From: Anthoceros angustus | Taxonomy: Eukaryota; Plantae; Anthocerotophyta | Assembly (NCBI GenBank): GCA_010909165.1 | Contig: MU008208.1 | Span: forward strand, 29,545-93,544 | Direction: 5' to 3' | DNA: 64,000 nt | In this document: positions 26,025 to 40,100 of the stretch, one piece after another | Layout of the letters: each line of letters starts with the position of its first letter | How positions within the stretch are numbered: the first letter of the stretch is position 1 | Translations under genes and position numbers: made by a program | Notes under the pieces: model-generated | What the model was told of the DNA's origin: nothing | What the model saw: the letters and a program-made list of their open reading frames with translations, nothing else | The model's database searches: none

Positions 26025-27060
26025 TGTCACAAGCTTTCAAAACATATTACCTTGAGAATCCGGCTTTATGGCGGTCACACTTCTCCCGGCATCGAAGGCA
26101 CACGAGCCATCGTCAACGTGTAATCATTGTTACGGCAGCTCTTATTGGTGTAATAGCCAGCCCGGTACTTGACCATGGTCTTCATGAACCTTGACAACAT
26201 TCCTTTTGAAACACGGAGTTTTGCATACCAAGCCTAGCCAAAAAACAAACAGTTAGTAAATACAAACCACAAAACTTAAGCCCAAATAACAACAAACTTA
26301 CATTTGATCTTGGGTTATCAATCGTTGAATTGAACAGAAACCCCTGAATTGACAGATTTTTGTCGTTTGCAGACCACTTGGGAGAGTGTTCAATAACAGC
26401 TCTAAAAGTTTCGATAACATCCTGCTCGTAAATCTTGACCTTTTGACGGAAATGCTCACTCTGGTAATTCTTCATGTCCACTTTGTAATTTTTCGAAAGC
26501 CGTTCTTGATACCTGCAAATAAAAGCGAGCTTAATACTACATCAAAACAACCAAAACATACAATCAAAGATACAATGAACAAAACAACCAAAACATCTTG
26601 AACAAAAGGTCCTCGAATCACGAGAGAAGTCCACGATGAGCGGGTTATGTAACTCTTCACCACCTCGAACTCCAAACGGTCATGCAAAAATATGCACACC
26701 GCAAACAATAGAGCATGGCCTCCGGGTTTAAAACCATAAATGAACAATCAAAGTGCACCCCTAAACCAACAATATTACCTTTTGAGCCCCCAAATGAGCA
26801 TTGATGATCTCTGTGAAAGAATCGCTCATCATCATCGTAAATCAACTTCACCTCTTTCGACATGACACAATCCCAAGATCCTTCGATTTTCATGGATGGG
26901 CAACCGGACCCATGGAAAATTCCATGAAACATGTTGATCAGGAACATCGAACCAAGCCGGCTTTGGTTCAAGATGCACTTCCTTGTTAAAATTCGGTTAA
27001 AACCACGAAAGAAAGACATCAACGCACAAGAGAAAATCATGTGAAGAAAGTCGAACTATC
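26025..27060 (-). repeat. Extra copy of the recombinase catalytic core (duplicate of about 23380-24425)
   Basis: Contains YQERLSKNYKVDMKNY, FGVRGGEEL and TNKSCR. Bounded by microhomologies CAAATGTCA (26021-26029) and TATCAAAAT (27057-27065). Confidence 0.8.
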
Positions 27061-30000
27061 AAAATGAATTGATCTAGCTCAACTTGACACAAAAGACAAG
27101 CCAAGAAAACAAGAATAGTATCCACGTAAACAACTAATCAAACAACATATTGCACAAAAACACATTAGTCAATGTAAGGACAATCGATAAAAGTACCTTA
27201 GGGTTGGCGCTTAAAACACAATACCAAAAGAAATATGTTAGCAAATGATAACCAACACACTTGCTTTAACGATAAACAAAACAATACAGCCTAAAGTATA
27301 ATAATATGCAATGAAACATATACCAAATTAAGTCACAGAACACACCTTAAGAAAACAAATGACAAATGAAAGCGTCAAAACAACTGAACGAGAACAAAGT
27401 GTCAATTGAAACAATGCACAAATATTTAGCCCGATAACAACAAAACAACAACACATAAAACACAAATGTCAAAACAAAGTACAACATAACCAAACGAAAC
27501 AGACAAGTTGGAAAAATTTGTCAACTTCACCACAATGTCAAGAATACGATACCAAACAAATGTCTCGAGAAAATAAATTAAGTAGATTAAATAGATGGAA
27601 ACACGAAGGAAACTACTTAAACGAAAACAACTAGAACGAATCGACAACAACAAACCGAGACCTTAAAAAAGAACTGACTGACGAGGAGACACAAAAGACA
27701 TCGCTATAGACAAAAACACTTCAAAATAATCAAACATGATATAGAATGCCGAGACAACTAATCCATACATGACTTGCACGATTTGCATAATTTGACCAAT
27801 GGGGCCCAAATACCAATATCCTCGACTACAAGATAGATAACAGAGTCGCAACATAGAAAACAAACTAAGTCTTAAGTAAAGTCGGATCCAGGCAAAAACA
27901 AAAAATATAAGATTAAAGCACAAACACATAGACAATCGATTACCAAACTAGAAAGTGACAAACATCCGATTCGACAAGAGAAAACAAAGGACCAAAACCA
28001 TTTAACACAACAAGAAAGTGTGTTAAGAACCACTAGACAACACAATACACAAAGCATCGCTAAGAAGCACTGATGAAGGACGAGAAATGCTATTGAAATG
28101 CGGCAGATTTTTAAACACGCTAGAGCCGTCAAACAACAAAGAATTATCTCACAAACAAAACACCGGATAAGACATCCAGTGATCGGAGCCAAATAAACAA
28201 AGCAATGACAAAAACAACATAAGTGAACCACACGCACACAAAAGGTAAAGACAAGCGAGGAAACAAAACACTTAACAAGTTGTTAGCCAAAACCAAGAAA
28301 GAAATCAAGAACGGGTCAAAATAGTAAGAGCTAGAATCACAACAAAGTCAAGCAAATGAATGACGCTACCAAAAAAGAAATAATAGCCTCGAGTAGTACA
28401 AGAAACTAGACAATCATAGAAGAATGCGAAGACGGGCCCGACAAAAACAACCTGATCTAGCCTTGGCCTTGTGACAACACCACGTACAAGAACAAACAAT
28501 AATTTAAAGTTTACAATATGCAATGAAACACGTAACACCATGGCTTTAATCACAAACTTGGCCTTCGGAAGAGAGCAAAATACCAAACGAGCGGACATCA
28601 AAGAGAAAAGACGCCTAACATCGAGAAGGAAACCTAAAGCAAAACAACCTTGGCCTCAAAAGACAACACAAGGCCTTCCATCCAAACGGCATAAAAGCCA
28701 ACGAGACAACAAACCTATAAGCAGCCGACCTTGACCAAAAGACAGATCAAAACTTGGCCTTGAGCCAAGGACCTAAAACGAAGCAAAAATGCACACACAG
28801 CCCAAACGAGGTCAAACAGAAAAGACTCGGCCTTCAAAAGCTGAGAAGGTCTAAACCTAAAGCAAATGAACCTTGGCCTGAAAAGACAACAAAGGCCATC
28901 CAAACGGCAAAAGCTAACGTGAGATCTAACAAACCTAAGCAAAAGCGCAAAGACCTTGACCACAAGATGATCAAAACTTGGCGAGCCCTGGACCTAAAAC
29001 TCAAAAGCAAACATGACACACGCCTATCCGAAGAGGAGCTATAACCACAAACACCAAAACAGAGCAGCATGACTCTAACTCAAAAGTTGCTTATATAGGC
29101 CCGCAAACCCTAGCTGCTCTCGCCTGGCGCCTTCTCTCTCTAACCACATTTGAATTTTCTCCGAACCTAACCTCCGTAGTCCCAACATATCTAGGTTCAT
29201 GCATTACGCCGCCGCCTCACCCAAACCTAGGTTTCTCCCAAACCTAGCCACCTTCACCATACCCATCACCAAACCTAATCTATAAACCCCAAAGGGCGTG
29301 AAGCAAACCGCCCGCAATCATCCGCCACGCACACCATTCAACACAAACAAGAAAAAGTGTGTTAAGAACCACGTAGACAACCACAATACACAAAGCATCG
29401 CTAAGAAGCACTCGATGAAGGACGAAATGCTTTTGAAATGTGTTCGCCTCGATTCTCACTCGCCTTTTGTTTCGATCATCACCGCAGTCTACTGCCTTCA
29501 AAAGACGCTCTCGTGTTAGTTTTCACATCACCTTGGTTCGCGGCTCACGCCGCATGTTCTTTTCTCTCTACCAACCACATTTGAATTTTCCGAACCTAAA
29601 ATCCCGTAGTCCGAACATATCTAGGTTCGCGATTGATTAGCCGCCTCACCCAAACCTAGGTTTCGGTCCCAAACCTAGCCAACCTTCACCATACCTACCA
29701 AACCTAATCTACAAACCCCAAAGCGGCGGAGCGAAGCCAAACCGCCAATCACCGCCACGCACACACCAACCATCTAGAACCCTAACACTGAGTACATAAG
29801 CAAAGGCACCCTAGGAGTCGCTGCCACGCCACCATTCCGGCAGTTTCGCCTGGCTGATCGCGATCACATCGGCCTGAGAGTCTGTCAGAGGGTCCGCTCA
29901 ACACGCCCGCCACGCCAGCTGCACCTTACGCACGCCTTCTTGGCTCTCTAGGAGGGTTCTCTGAGTGGTTGCCTTCACCATCGAGATCCTCCTCCGCACC

Positions 30001-30649
30001 ACGCCCACCAAGTCTAGTCAAGGTCCTTTAGCGAGAGTCCTAGCCGCGCCAGTGAGAAGGCTTCAAACCTTGTTTTGTTGGGTGAAGGCACCAAGTTGAA
30101 TGTGTTCTCCTCGATTCTCACTCGCCTTTTGTTTCGATCATCACCGCAGTCTCCATCGTCTCAGACGCTTCCGTGTTTCGCATCACCTTGGTTCGCTTCT
30201 CCGCACATGTTCTTTTCTTGGGGAAACTCTAGGAGCAAACGCCGCTGCGCCTACATGTTGAATCGATTTTACCACCGCCAAGATGTTCCGTGTTTTGATC
30301 CATCTCTCGATACTGTGTGCGAGTGTTTGAGCGCCACCGCCGCCCAAGGTATGATAAGACGAAAGCTTTTTGTTGTACGCAGCTTGCAACCATATGTCGA
30401 GCCGTTTAGTCGAGTGGCATGCCGCATATACGCGCTTAGTGGTATGCCGCAAGTCGCTTGACGCATTGCCGCACGCGGCGCTTGATATGCTGCCGCAACA
30501 CGCGTGTCGCGATGCCGCGACACGTGGCTTGACCGCATGCCGCAACGCTGCAACTTGAGTGGCGGCGGGCCGCAACACGCGCCTTTAAGTCGCATTCAAC
30601 CACGCGATGCATGTAAATGTTGGATGTAAAATTTGTCGCGCACTTTAAC

Positions 30650-32560
30650 CTTCGCCTCCTTCCTCCGATTTCGAGCCGCAGCCAAAGGTCACGCAAGAAG
30701 CGACACTGCAAGTACGTCCTGCTCAATAATTCATGGTCATTTCAACAACGGTCTCGGAGGGTGGCCGTGCTGCATAGTTGTTGAGGAAGCAAAGGTAAGG
30801 GTTCGTCAGAAGACTGCCTTGAGTCTTTAGCCATCTTTGCCATCTTGTGAAAACATGCTTTGTGTGTACGCTTGAAACATGTTCGCATCGCAAGTTCACG
30901 GATTGATGCGTAAACATTTTTTTACATTATTCGATGGTAGTCACAATTGGTTTCGGTGAAGCACCCTAACGACGCGTGACGTAAGTAATTTGCCCTTACT
31001 CAACTTGTTGCTTGCGATTTCTTGTTTTGATTTGACAGTGCACTATAAATAGTGTTCGATGGCTTTTTGAATCGGGATGGAATCGAAAACGGAAGCAATA
31101 ACGATTTTCAAATCCAAGAAGGTACTTGATTGTTCTGTTATACTTTTTACTTTGCTTTTACTTTTACTAACTTTTGTGTGTCAACCGCAAGGCTACGTGA
31201 CGCCACCCGTGAGCGCCACTCGACAAATTACTTCCCACCCATGGGGATCCAGGATATGACGCTAACGCAGTTTGAACCACCACTGGAGATAAGAAAGATC
31301 AGAAAAAGGTATTCGTGAAAATGATTGCTTAGTCATGTATGTTCTCGTTGGTCGAGTCTAACAAAACCCGTGGGTTGCCTCTGAGCACACAATGTTCTCT
31401 CGTGATGGACAAACAAGACCTTAAGCATCTTTGCGAGATGCCCTTAGCTTGAATAAGATAAAGAAGGTAAGCACTTTCTTTAATTCATAACTTGATCTAA
31501 TTATGCTCAAATCCAAAATCTTAACCCTAAATTTATCTCGCAGGATATCAAAAGAACCTTGAACAACTCAATTGAGCGGAAACGTATACACTTGTGGAAA
31601 GGTTTAATGGACACCGATTTCAATGCAAACAATGTTGGAGGGATATCAAAGTTCAATCCAGCAAGATCGAGGTAATCTAAAATTACATTCATACCTTCTT
31701 TGCTTCACACATTGACCTTCTTATAACTTGGCATCATGAACGCCGGAAAACAAGTGCTGCAAAAAACATAAAGGACAAAGTCGAAAAAGATTGACAACAA
31801 CATTGACAACGCAGCCATCTCCAATCGTATACAAAATGTATTTGTATATTGTGCATTAATATGATTTTGGTTTAAGAAATTAATGATTTTGGTTTTGATC
31901 GTGCAAAAAGAGAAAATTGATGACTTGAGGAGGATGGACCAACTTACGGGCCGTCTTGAGTTCACCGAGTTTGGAAAGTGGATGAGCAATTTTCAATATC
32001 CACCACTTTTCAAGACTTTAAAGATAAGTATTCGCAATTTGGGAGCATAGTCTAAAAGAGCAAGTACACCCCATCTTGAATGAAGATGGGTCCAACCCAA
32101 CATTCGAGCAGATGCATAAAATCCAAGCAAGTAAGCGCGATAACTCTTTTCTCTATTATTTTCATTACATATAATTCTATGTAATGTAATTCGTATGCAT
32201 TGAATGCAGATAGGGCAGCAATTGAAAATAAGGAGTTGAAAAGCGACAGACTTGTTGTCTCTCATGGAAGAACCGAGACAACTAAAACATTCAAAAGGTA
32301 CATCGTTTGAAAGGTAATATCCGCTTGCATTCCAAAAAATTCTAATGTTTATGTTTCTTCGTAACATACGATCACATTTCCGCGGTGGGGAATCTTCACG
32401 ACGTGTTTAACGCTTGTCGAAAAGGTATATGCAAAGAAAGATCTTCTCCGAATTGAAATGGAGGTAAATGACTAATTACTTTTACTTTTTGTTGTAGTTA
32501 TCGGAGAATCAAAACGAGTTGTTTTCACTCTTTGAGGTGAGTACTAAAGTTAAAAATAGA
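30650..32560 (+). pseudogene. Unknown multi-exon gene of the YR element, divergent from the recombinase (also 55950-57850 minus, and pieces in 33790-36950)
   Basis: Exon-like blocks bounded by gtaag/gtaat/gtatt donors recur in all copies: FESLADLCHLVKHAFCVPFETC..FLTLFDA..NWFRV; FEPPLEIRKI; HLWKGLMDTDFNANNVGGISKFNPA; GPTYGPSLEFTEFGKWMSNFQYPPLFKT. No family recognised. Confidence 0.4.
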
Positions 32561-33049
32561 TAAGTTTTATATATGAATTCGACAACGGTTTAAATTGCAG
32601 AAATATTCTCGCTTGGACGAAATATTCGAAATGATTAATACATTTATCTCGACCATACAATCAGCTCAAAAGTACTATTCTCAAGAGACGGACGACCGAA
32701 CCATATTACACTCCATCTACTCCAATAGAATATGTGATTAACCAAAACTATTTTGATTAGAGCCTAATTACGATGGATTTATGATAATCCTTTTATTGTG
32801 TAAAAGGATTGAAAACGAAAATGATTGCTTAGTCATGTATGTTCTCGTTGGTCGAGTCTAAAACCCGTGGGTTGCCTCATGAGCACACAATGTTCTCGTG
32901 ATGGACAAACAAGACCTTAAGCATCTTTGCGAGATGCACTTGAATAAGATAAAGAAGGTAAGCACTTTTCTTTAATTCATAAACTCTAATTATGCTCAAA
33001 TCCAAAATCTTAACCCTAAATTTATCTCTCAGGATATCAAAAGAACCTT

Positions 33050-36000
33050 CACGACACAACCAAGATCTCATGGGACGAAACCCAACGCAGGTTTACGCTG
33101 GATAAGTGACGCCATTAAGGTGAATTCTAAGCCCCGGGTCTGCCCACCATGCTTATCCACAATTATGATGGGGTGCCTAAAGTGTTGTACTTACTAACCG
33201 GACAACACTTGCCGGAGAACAAGAACCAACTACTTTATGTATCTCAACATGTTGGTAGACATGGAAACTTTTGAGAAAGTGAAGGTGGGCTTCCGCTAGT
33301 TGGGCACACCCATGATCAAATTGATCGATGTTTTCATGCTTCTCTAAAAGCTTGAAACACAAGGAAGCGCACACCGCCTTGCATTGGCAACTATTATCGA
33401 GGCGTACACTCCAAGGCCGGAGGTGAAGATATCTTGGCAAGTTCGACTTAAGTATGTATGGCCAATAAGACGGGATGGGCGGCGGGCGTATTCAGTGAGT
33501 AAATTGAATAATCATCGTTCCAAAGATCAATTCAAGATAACACGCGAGAAACCGAGCGGTCAGTGTGAATAAGGAGCGATACTCAACTGCTAGGGAAAGC
33601 GAGAGGCTTGGAGTTTTTGAAGTTTGTGCCACAGGAGGTCATAAGCTGCGGCTCCTTTAGTTATGCGGGCTAGAGATAAAAAGGCTCGGCCGCTTGTCTC
33701 ACAGCAGGGCGTTGCTTACTTGAGCGAGGGTTATCAGCTCCGGCCTTACGTTACCGGAAGAGTACACATGGTGGGAGGAGTTGGGTTGACGAAAGCAAAG
33801 GTAAGGGGTTCGTGCAGAAGACTCGCTTTTTGAGTCTTTAGCCGATCTTTGCCATCTTGTGAAAACATGCATTTTTGTGTGCTTTTGAAAACATCGCATA
33901 CCGCCGCAAGTTCTTTGGATTGATGCCGAAAACATTTTTGACATTATTCGGCGCTGGTAGTCCGGACAATTGGTTTCGCGTGAACGAACACGATCGTAAG
34001 CCCTTGCTCAACTTGTTGCTGATGCGTTTTGTTCACGATTTGACGGTAGCTCACTATAAATAGTGTTCGATGGCTTTTGAATCGGGATGGAATCAAGAAC
34101 GAAGCAATAACGATTTTCAAATCCAAGAAGGTACTTGATTGTTCTTGTTATACGCTTTTTTACTTTGCTTTTCTTTTACTAACTCTATTGTGTCAACCCC
34201 TGCAGACAAGAACATGACGCCACCGTGAGCGCCACGACAAATTACTTCCCACCCATGGGGATCCAGGATATGACGCTAACGCAGAGTTTGAACCACCACC
34301 GGAGATAAGAAAGATCGTAGAAAAGGTATTCGTGGATAAGTGACGCCATTAAGGTGAATTCTAAGCCCCGGGTCTGCCCACCATGCTTATCCACAATTAT
34401 GATGGGGTGCCTAAAGTGTTGTACTTACTAACCGGACAACACTTGCCGGAGAACAAGAACCAACTACTTTTATGTATCTCAACATGTTGGTAGACATGGA
34501 AACTTTTGAGAAAGTGAAGGTGGGCTTCCGCTAGTTGGGCACACCCATGATCAAATTGATCGATGTTTTCATGCTTCTCTAAAAGCTTGAAACACAAGGA
34601 AGCGCACACCGCCTTGCATTGGCAACTATTATCGAGGCGTACACTCCAAGGCCGGAGGTGAAGATATCTTGGCAAGTTCGACTTAAGTATGTATGGCCAA
34701 TAAGACGGGGATGGGCGGCGGGCGTATTCAGTGAGTAAATTGAATAAGATAAAGAAGGTAAGCACTTTTCTTTAATTCATAAAATTGATCTAATTATGCT
34801 CAAATCCAAAATCTTAACCCTAAATTTATCTGCGGATATCAAAAGAACCTTGAACAACGACTCAATTGGTGAAATACACTTGTGGAAAGGTTTAATGGAC
34901 ACCGATTTCAATGCAAACAATGTTGGAGGGATATCAAAGTTCAATCCAGCAATCGAGGTAATCTAAAATTACATTCATACCTTCTTTGCTTCTTCACATT
35001 GACCTTCTTATAACTTGGCATTACATTCTGAATCTTTGGAAAACAAGCTTGCAAAAAACATAAAGGACAAAGTCGATAAGATTGACAACAACATTGACAA
35101 CGCAGCCATCTCAATTATACAAAAGTATTAGGTATATAATGTGCATTAATATGATTTTGGTTTAAGAAAGTAATGATTTTGGTTTTGATCGGGCAAAAAG
35201 AAAAATTGATGACTTCGAGGAGGATGGACCAACTTACGGGCCGTCACTTGAGTTCACCGAGTTTGGAAAGTGGATGAGCAATTTTCAATATCCACCACTT
35301 TTCAAGACTTTAAGATAAGTATTCTCACTTTGGGAGCATAGTCTAAAAGAGCAAGTACCCATCTTGAATGAAGATGGGTCCAACCCAACATTAGCGATGC
35401 AGAGACAAATCCAAGCAAGTAAGCTGCGATAACTTCTCTTTTCACTATTATTTTCATATAATTCTATGTAATGTAATTAATTCATTGAATGCGAGATAGG
35501 GGCAGCAATTGAAAATAAGGAGCGATACTCAACTGCTAGGGAAAGCGAGAGGCTTGGAGTTTTTGAAGTTTGTGCCACAGGAGGTCATAAGCTGCGGCTC
35601 CTTTAGTTATGCGGGCTAGAGATAAAAAGGCTCGGCCGCTTGTCTCACGGCAACAGAGGGCGTTGCTTACTTGAAGCGAGGGTTATCAGCTCCGGCCTTA
35701 CGTTACCGGAAGAGTACACATGGTGGGAGGAGTTGGGTTGACCCGGAAGAAAATTGCTGTAATTGTGGACAACCATATCGGGTTGGTTAGCGACCATGGA
35801 AGTGGTTTTCGAGTGGAGGCTGACGCTGAGTGCCCTTATGCATGCCGTCGGCTTTCGAGCAGCTACTGCTGTGAACTTCCACAACGCGATATGTATTTGG
35901 GGGCATATAGAAATTTGGGCAAGCAACAAGAAGATATGACACGCTTGAATGGCGATATTGGAGATCAATAAAGGAATGTTCATAGCGTGTTCACAGACAC

Positions 36001-39000
36001 ACACAATGACCATTTTGGATTGGAAAGGTTTAATGGACACCGATTTCAATGCAAACAATGTTGGAGGGATATCAAAGTTCAATCCAGCAATCGAGGTAAT
36101 CTAAAATTACATTCATACCTTCTTTGCTTCTTCACATTGACCTTCTTATAACTTGGCATTACATTCTGAATCTTTGGAAAACAAGCTTGCAAAAAACATA
36201 AAGGACAAAGTCGATAAGATTGACAACAACATTGACAACGCAGCCATCTCAATTATACAAAAGTATTAGGTATATAATGTGCATTAATATGATTTTGGTT
36301 TAAGAAAGTAATGATTTTGGTTTTGATCGGGCAAAAAGAAAAATTGATGACTTCGAGGAGGATGGACCAACTTACGGGCCGTCACTTGAGTTCACCGAGT
36401 TTGGAAAGTGGATGAGCAATTTTCAATATCCACCACTTTTCAAGACTTTAAGATAAGTATTCTCACTTTGGGAGCATAGTCTAAAAGAGCAAGTACCCAT
36501 CTTGAATGAAGATGGGTCCAACCCAACATTAGCGATGCAGAGACAAATCCAAGCAAGTAAGCTGCGATAACTTCTCTTTTCACTATTATTTTCATATAAT
36601 TCTATGTAATGTAATTGCATATGCATTGAATGCGAGATAGGGGCAGCAATTGAAAATAAGGAGTTGAAAACGAGACTTGTTGTCTCTCATGGAAGAACCA
36701 GACAACTAAAACATTCAAAAGGTACATCGTTTGAAAGGTAATATCCGCTTGCATTCCAAAAAAATTCTAATGTTTATGTTTCTTGAACATACGATCACAT
36801 TTCCGCAGGGGAATCTTCACAAGACGTGTTTAACGCTTGTCGAAAAGGTATATGCAAAGAAAGATCTTCTCCGAATTGAAATGGAGGTAAATGACTAATT
36901 ACTTTTACTTTTTGTTTGTAGTTATCGGAGAATCAAAACGAGTTGTTTTCACTCTTTGAGGTGAGTACTAAAGTTAAAAAATAGATAAGTTTTATATGAA
37001 TTCGACAATGGTTTAAATTGCGAAATATTCTCGCTTGATGAAATATTCAAATGATAATACATTTATCCGGACCATACAATCAGCAGCTCAAAAGTACTAT
37101 TCTCAAGAGACGGACCGAACCATATTACACTCCATCTACTCCAATAGAATATGTGTGATTTAACCAAAACTTTTGATTAGAGCCTAATTACGATAGTGAT
37201 TTATGATAATCCTTTTATTATGGATTCGTCTTGAATGAATTGCGTGGGTTTATTCACCAAAGATCCGAAAGTACCACGAGGATAGTGATGACCATGGTGC
37301 GACGAGGTCGGCGGCGATGAGGGAGTGACCTCGAGATGAGTAAACGTGCTTCCATGGAGAAGGAATTGGGAGAGGAGGCAATGGTTCCATTGAGATAAAT
37401 ATAGGGTTCTAGCTTGACCCGGTCTAAATTCCACTGCTCCTTGTCCGAGCCTTTGTTAGGGTAAGCCAGCGTGAATCATGTTTGGCTTTTGGTCCATTAC
37501 CACCTCAATGCAATACAATACCGATGTCCGTATATGTGGTTTGCACACACCAATAAATTAAGTATGTGTTTGGGCGGTTATCTGTGCCCCAAGATTATAG
37601 TGGCGTGTTGTCCATAGCTTGACAAATTTGTCGAGGATGATAGATAGGAGCGTTGTTGCGATCATCCCAACCATCTTCGATCCGTGGTGGTGTTTGTTCT
37701 TCAATTTGTGGATCTGGAGAATACAGTGGCTGTGACCTCCATAGACAAGGCAGGCGCGGCCGACCGCGCCCCTCCACTGCAAGGCCGCCAAGCATCGGTC
37801 GGTTTGACCCTCAGCATGACTCTACCCTTTGCCAAACCCTTGACATCAACACGAATTTTCGTAAGACTATGGGTTTTGCATGCCAACCGTACTTTCTTTG
37901 ACCCAAATCTAGGTTCATCGGCATCCTTTCCGGCATTAACGGTACGGTGGGTCTTAATTTGCCTTCATCATATGGGTAAAAGGATTTGAGCACCCTTCCG
38001 GCGTGTACCCATATTGTAAAAGGGGACAACGTGTATGGGACACCTTTTTTGCTCTTTAAACATGCTATTCGTTTGAGACCCATGTGTAACCCCTTTGGCG
38101 ATATTTTCAAGAAAACCCCATCATGTATATTCCCCTCTTGAAGGTTTATATGGTGTTTGAGGAAGGCGAGGGGCTGCGCCATGGCGGGAAGGGGAAGCTG
38201 AGCGAAACCGGAGGTGAAGATATCGATCAAGCCCCGACTCAAGTATGTATGGCCAATAAGACGGGATGGGCGGCGACGATTCGGCATGTGAGTAAATTGA
38301 ATATTGCTCCAAAGATCAATTCAAGATAACACGCGAGGAGAAACCGAGCGGCCGTGATCAATAATCGAGGCAAGATTTCAACATCACTGCTAGGGAAACA
38401 AGGAGGCTTGGAGTTTTGAAGTTTGTGCCACAGGAGGTCATAATCTGCTCGTTAGCCTTGGGCTAGAGATAAAAAGGCCGCTTGTCTCAAACAGAGGGCG
38501 TTGCTTACTTGAAGCGAGGGTTATCGGAGTCCGCCTTACGCTACTGAAGAGTACACATGGTGGGAGGAGTTCGGGTTGACCAGAAGAAATTGTCAGAATT
38601 GTGGACAACCATATCGGGTTGGTTCTGCAACCACCATGGAAGTGGTTTTCGAGTGGAGGCCGATGCTTGAGTTGTTCGCGTTCGATGCGCTTTTTGAAGC
38701 CTGCTGCGAACTTCCACAACGCGATATGTATTTGGGGGCATATAGAAATTTGGGCAAGCAACAAGAAGATATGACACGCTTGAATGGCGATATTGCGGAG
38801 ATCAATAAAGGAATGTTCATAGCGCCCGTGTTCATGACACACACAATGACCATTTTGGATTGGAAAGGTCATAGAAGTTGAGTCGCCTAAACCTCACTTC
38901 CTCGCTCATTGGTATATGACCGAGCATACGGATGCATATGAGGGAAGATATGTTGAGGAATATATAATTCCGGAAGCGGTACCGAACATGGCTTCAAGGT

Positions 39001-39259
39001 AGGGAAGAAAGGAAGCAAATCCTTGTATACCAAAAATATTCAATGTGTCTTTGTGAACGAAACGGTAATCCTTTATTATGGATTCGTCGAATGCTCGAAA
39101 CATTTATATGTTGTTGACAAGAAAGCGATAAAGGATAAGTTGAATGAATTGCGTGGGTTTATTCAGCCAGCATCCGAAAGTACCCCTGAGGATAGTGATG
39201 ACCATGGTGCAGACGAGGGTCCGAACGACGATGAGGGAGTGACCTCCGGAGATGAGTAA
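33050..39259 (+). pseudogene. Sola/DUF7869-type transposase, C-terminal half, in shuffled pieces (33050-33790, 34334-34745, 35520-36025, 38208-39259)
   Basis: PKVLYL-DNTCRENKNQL..YLNMLVDMETFEKVKVGF.LVGHTHDQID-like motif reconstructed across frameshifts; AYTPRPEVK; QFKITRE. Acidic C-terminus stops at 39259. Confidence 0.6.
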
Positions 39260-40100
39260 ACGTGCTTCCATGGAGAAGGAATTGGGAGAGGAGGCAATGG
39301 TTCCCGCATACTGAGATAGATATAGGGTTTCAGCTTGACCCGGTCTAAATTCCACTGTACTCCTTGTCCAGAGCCTTTGTTAGGGTAAGCCAGCGCGTGA
39401 ATCATGTTTGGCTTTTTGTCCATTACCACCTCAATGCAATACAATACCGGGTATCCGTATATGTGGTTTGCACACACCAATAAATTAAGTATGTGTTTGG
39501 GCCGGTTATGCTGTGCCCCAAGATTATAGTGGCGTGTTGTCCATAGCTTGACAAATTTGTCGAGGATGATAAAAAGGAGCGTTGTTGCAGTCATCCCAAC
39601 CATCTTCGATCCGTAGGTTGTGTTTGTTCTGCAATTTGTGGTACTGCGGAGAACCGAATACGGTAGCTGTGACCTCCATAGACGACAGGGGCGCCGGCCG
39701 ACCGGCGCCCCTGTTTCCACTAGCAAGGCCGCCAAGCATACGGTCAGTTTTGACCCAGTCTGGCATGACCTCTACCCTTTGCCAAACCCTTGACATCAAC
39801 ACGAATTTGCAGAAGACTATGGTTTTTGCATGCCAACCTTTTCTTTTGCGTGACGGACCCAAACCGGGTTCATCGGCATCCTTTCCGCATTAATCTGGCC
39901 AAGACGGTGGGTCTTAAATTACCCTCATCAAATGGGTAAAGAATTTCGAGCACCCTTCCACGGTACCCATATTGTAAAAGGGGACAACGTATGGAATCTG
40001 CTCGCGGTTCTTAGCGTAACATGCTATCTGCTTTGAGACCCATGTGTAACCCCTTTGGCGATATTTTCAAGAAAACCCCATCATGTATATTCTCTTGAAG
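39163..40100 (-). pseudogene. Unidentified frameshifted ORF, convergent with and overlapping the Sola-like gene end (duplicate at 37215-38160)
   Basis: ORFs 39163-39735, 39524-39862 and 37811-38287 give matching peptides (NIHDGVFLKISPKGLHMGLK; KFVLMSRVWQRVE; IILDKFVKLWTTRHYNLGAQ). Confidence 0.35.

Larger units (their letters stand above)
21482..32830 (-). mobile_element. Crypton-like tyrosine-recombinase element, left copy (5' end lost or rearranged)
   Basis: 22.9-32.8 kb is the reverse complement of 55.65-64 kb. The 3' end at 21482 matches the ends at 982 and 5917. It contains the YR gene. Confidence 0.7.

Noticed and set aside
17470-33050. Sola-like halves at 7.3-17.5 kb and 33-39 kb as one element split by insertions
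   Set aside because: Both contain the DANL-motif region with different DNA, so they are distinct copies.
39685-39724. Hairpin followed by CTAG as a Helitron 3' end
   Set aside because: CTAG is not followed by T, the duplicate at about 37750 lacks it, and sequence similarity continues on both sides.
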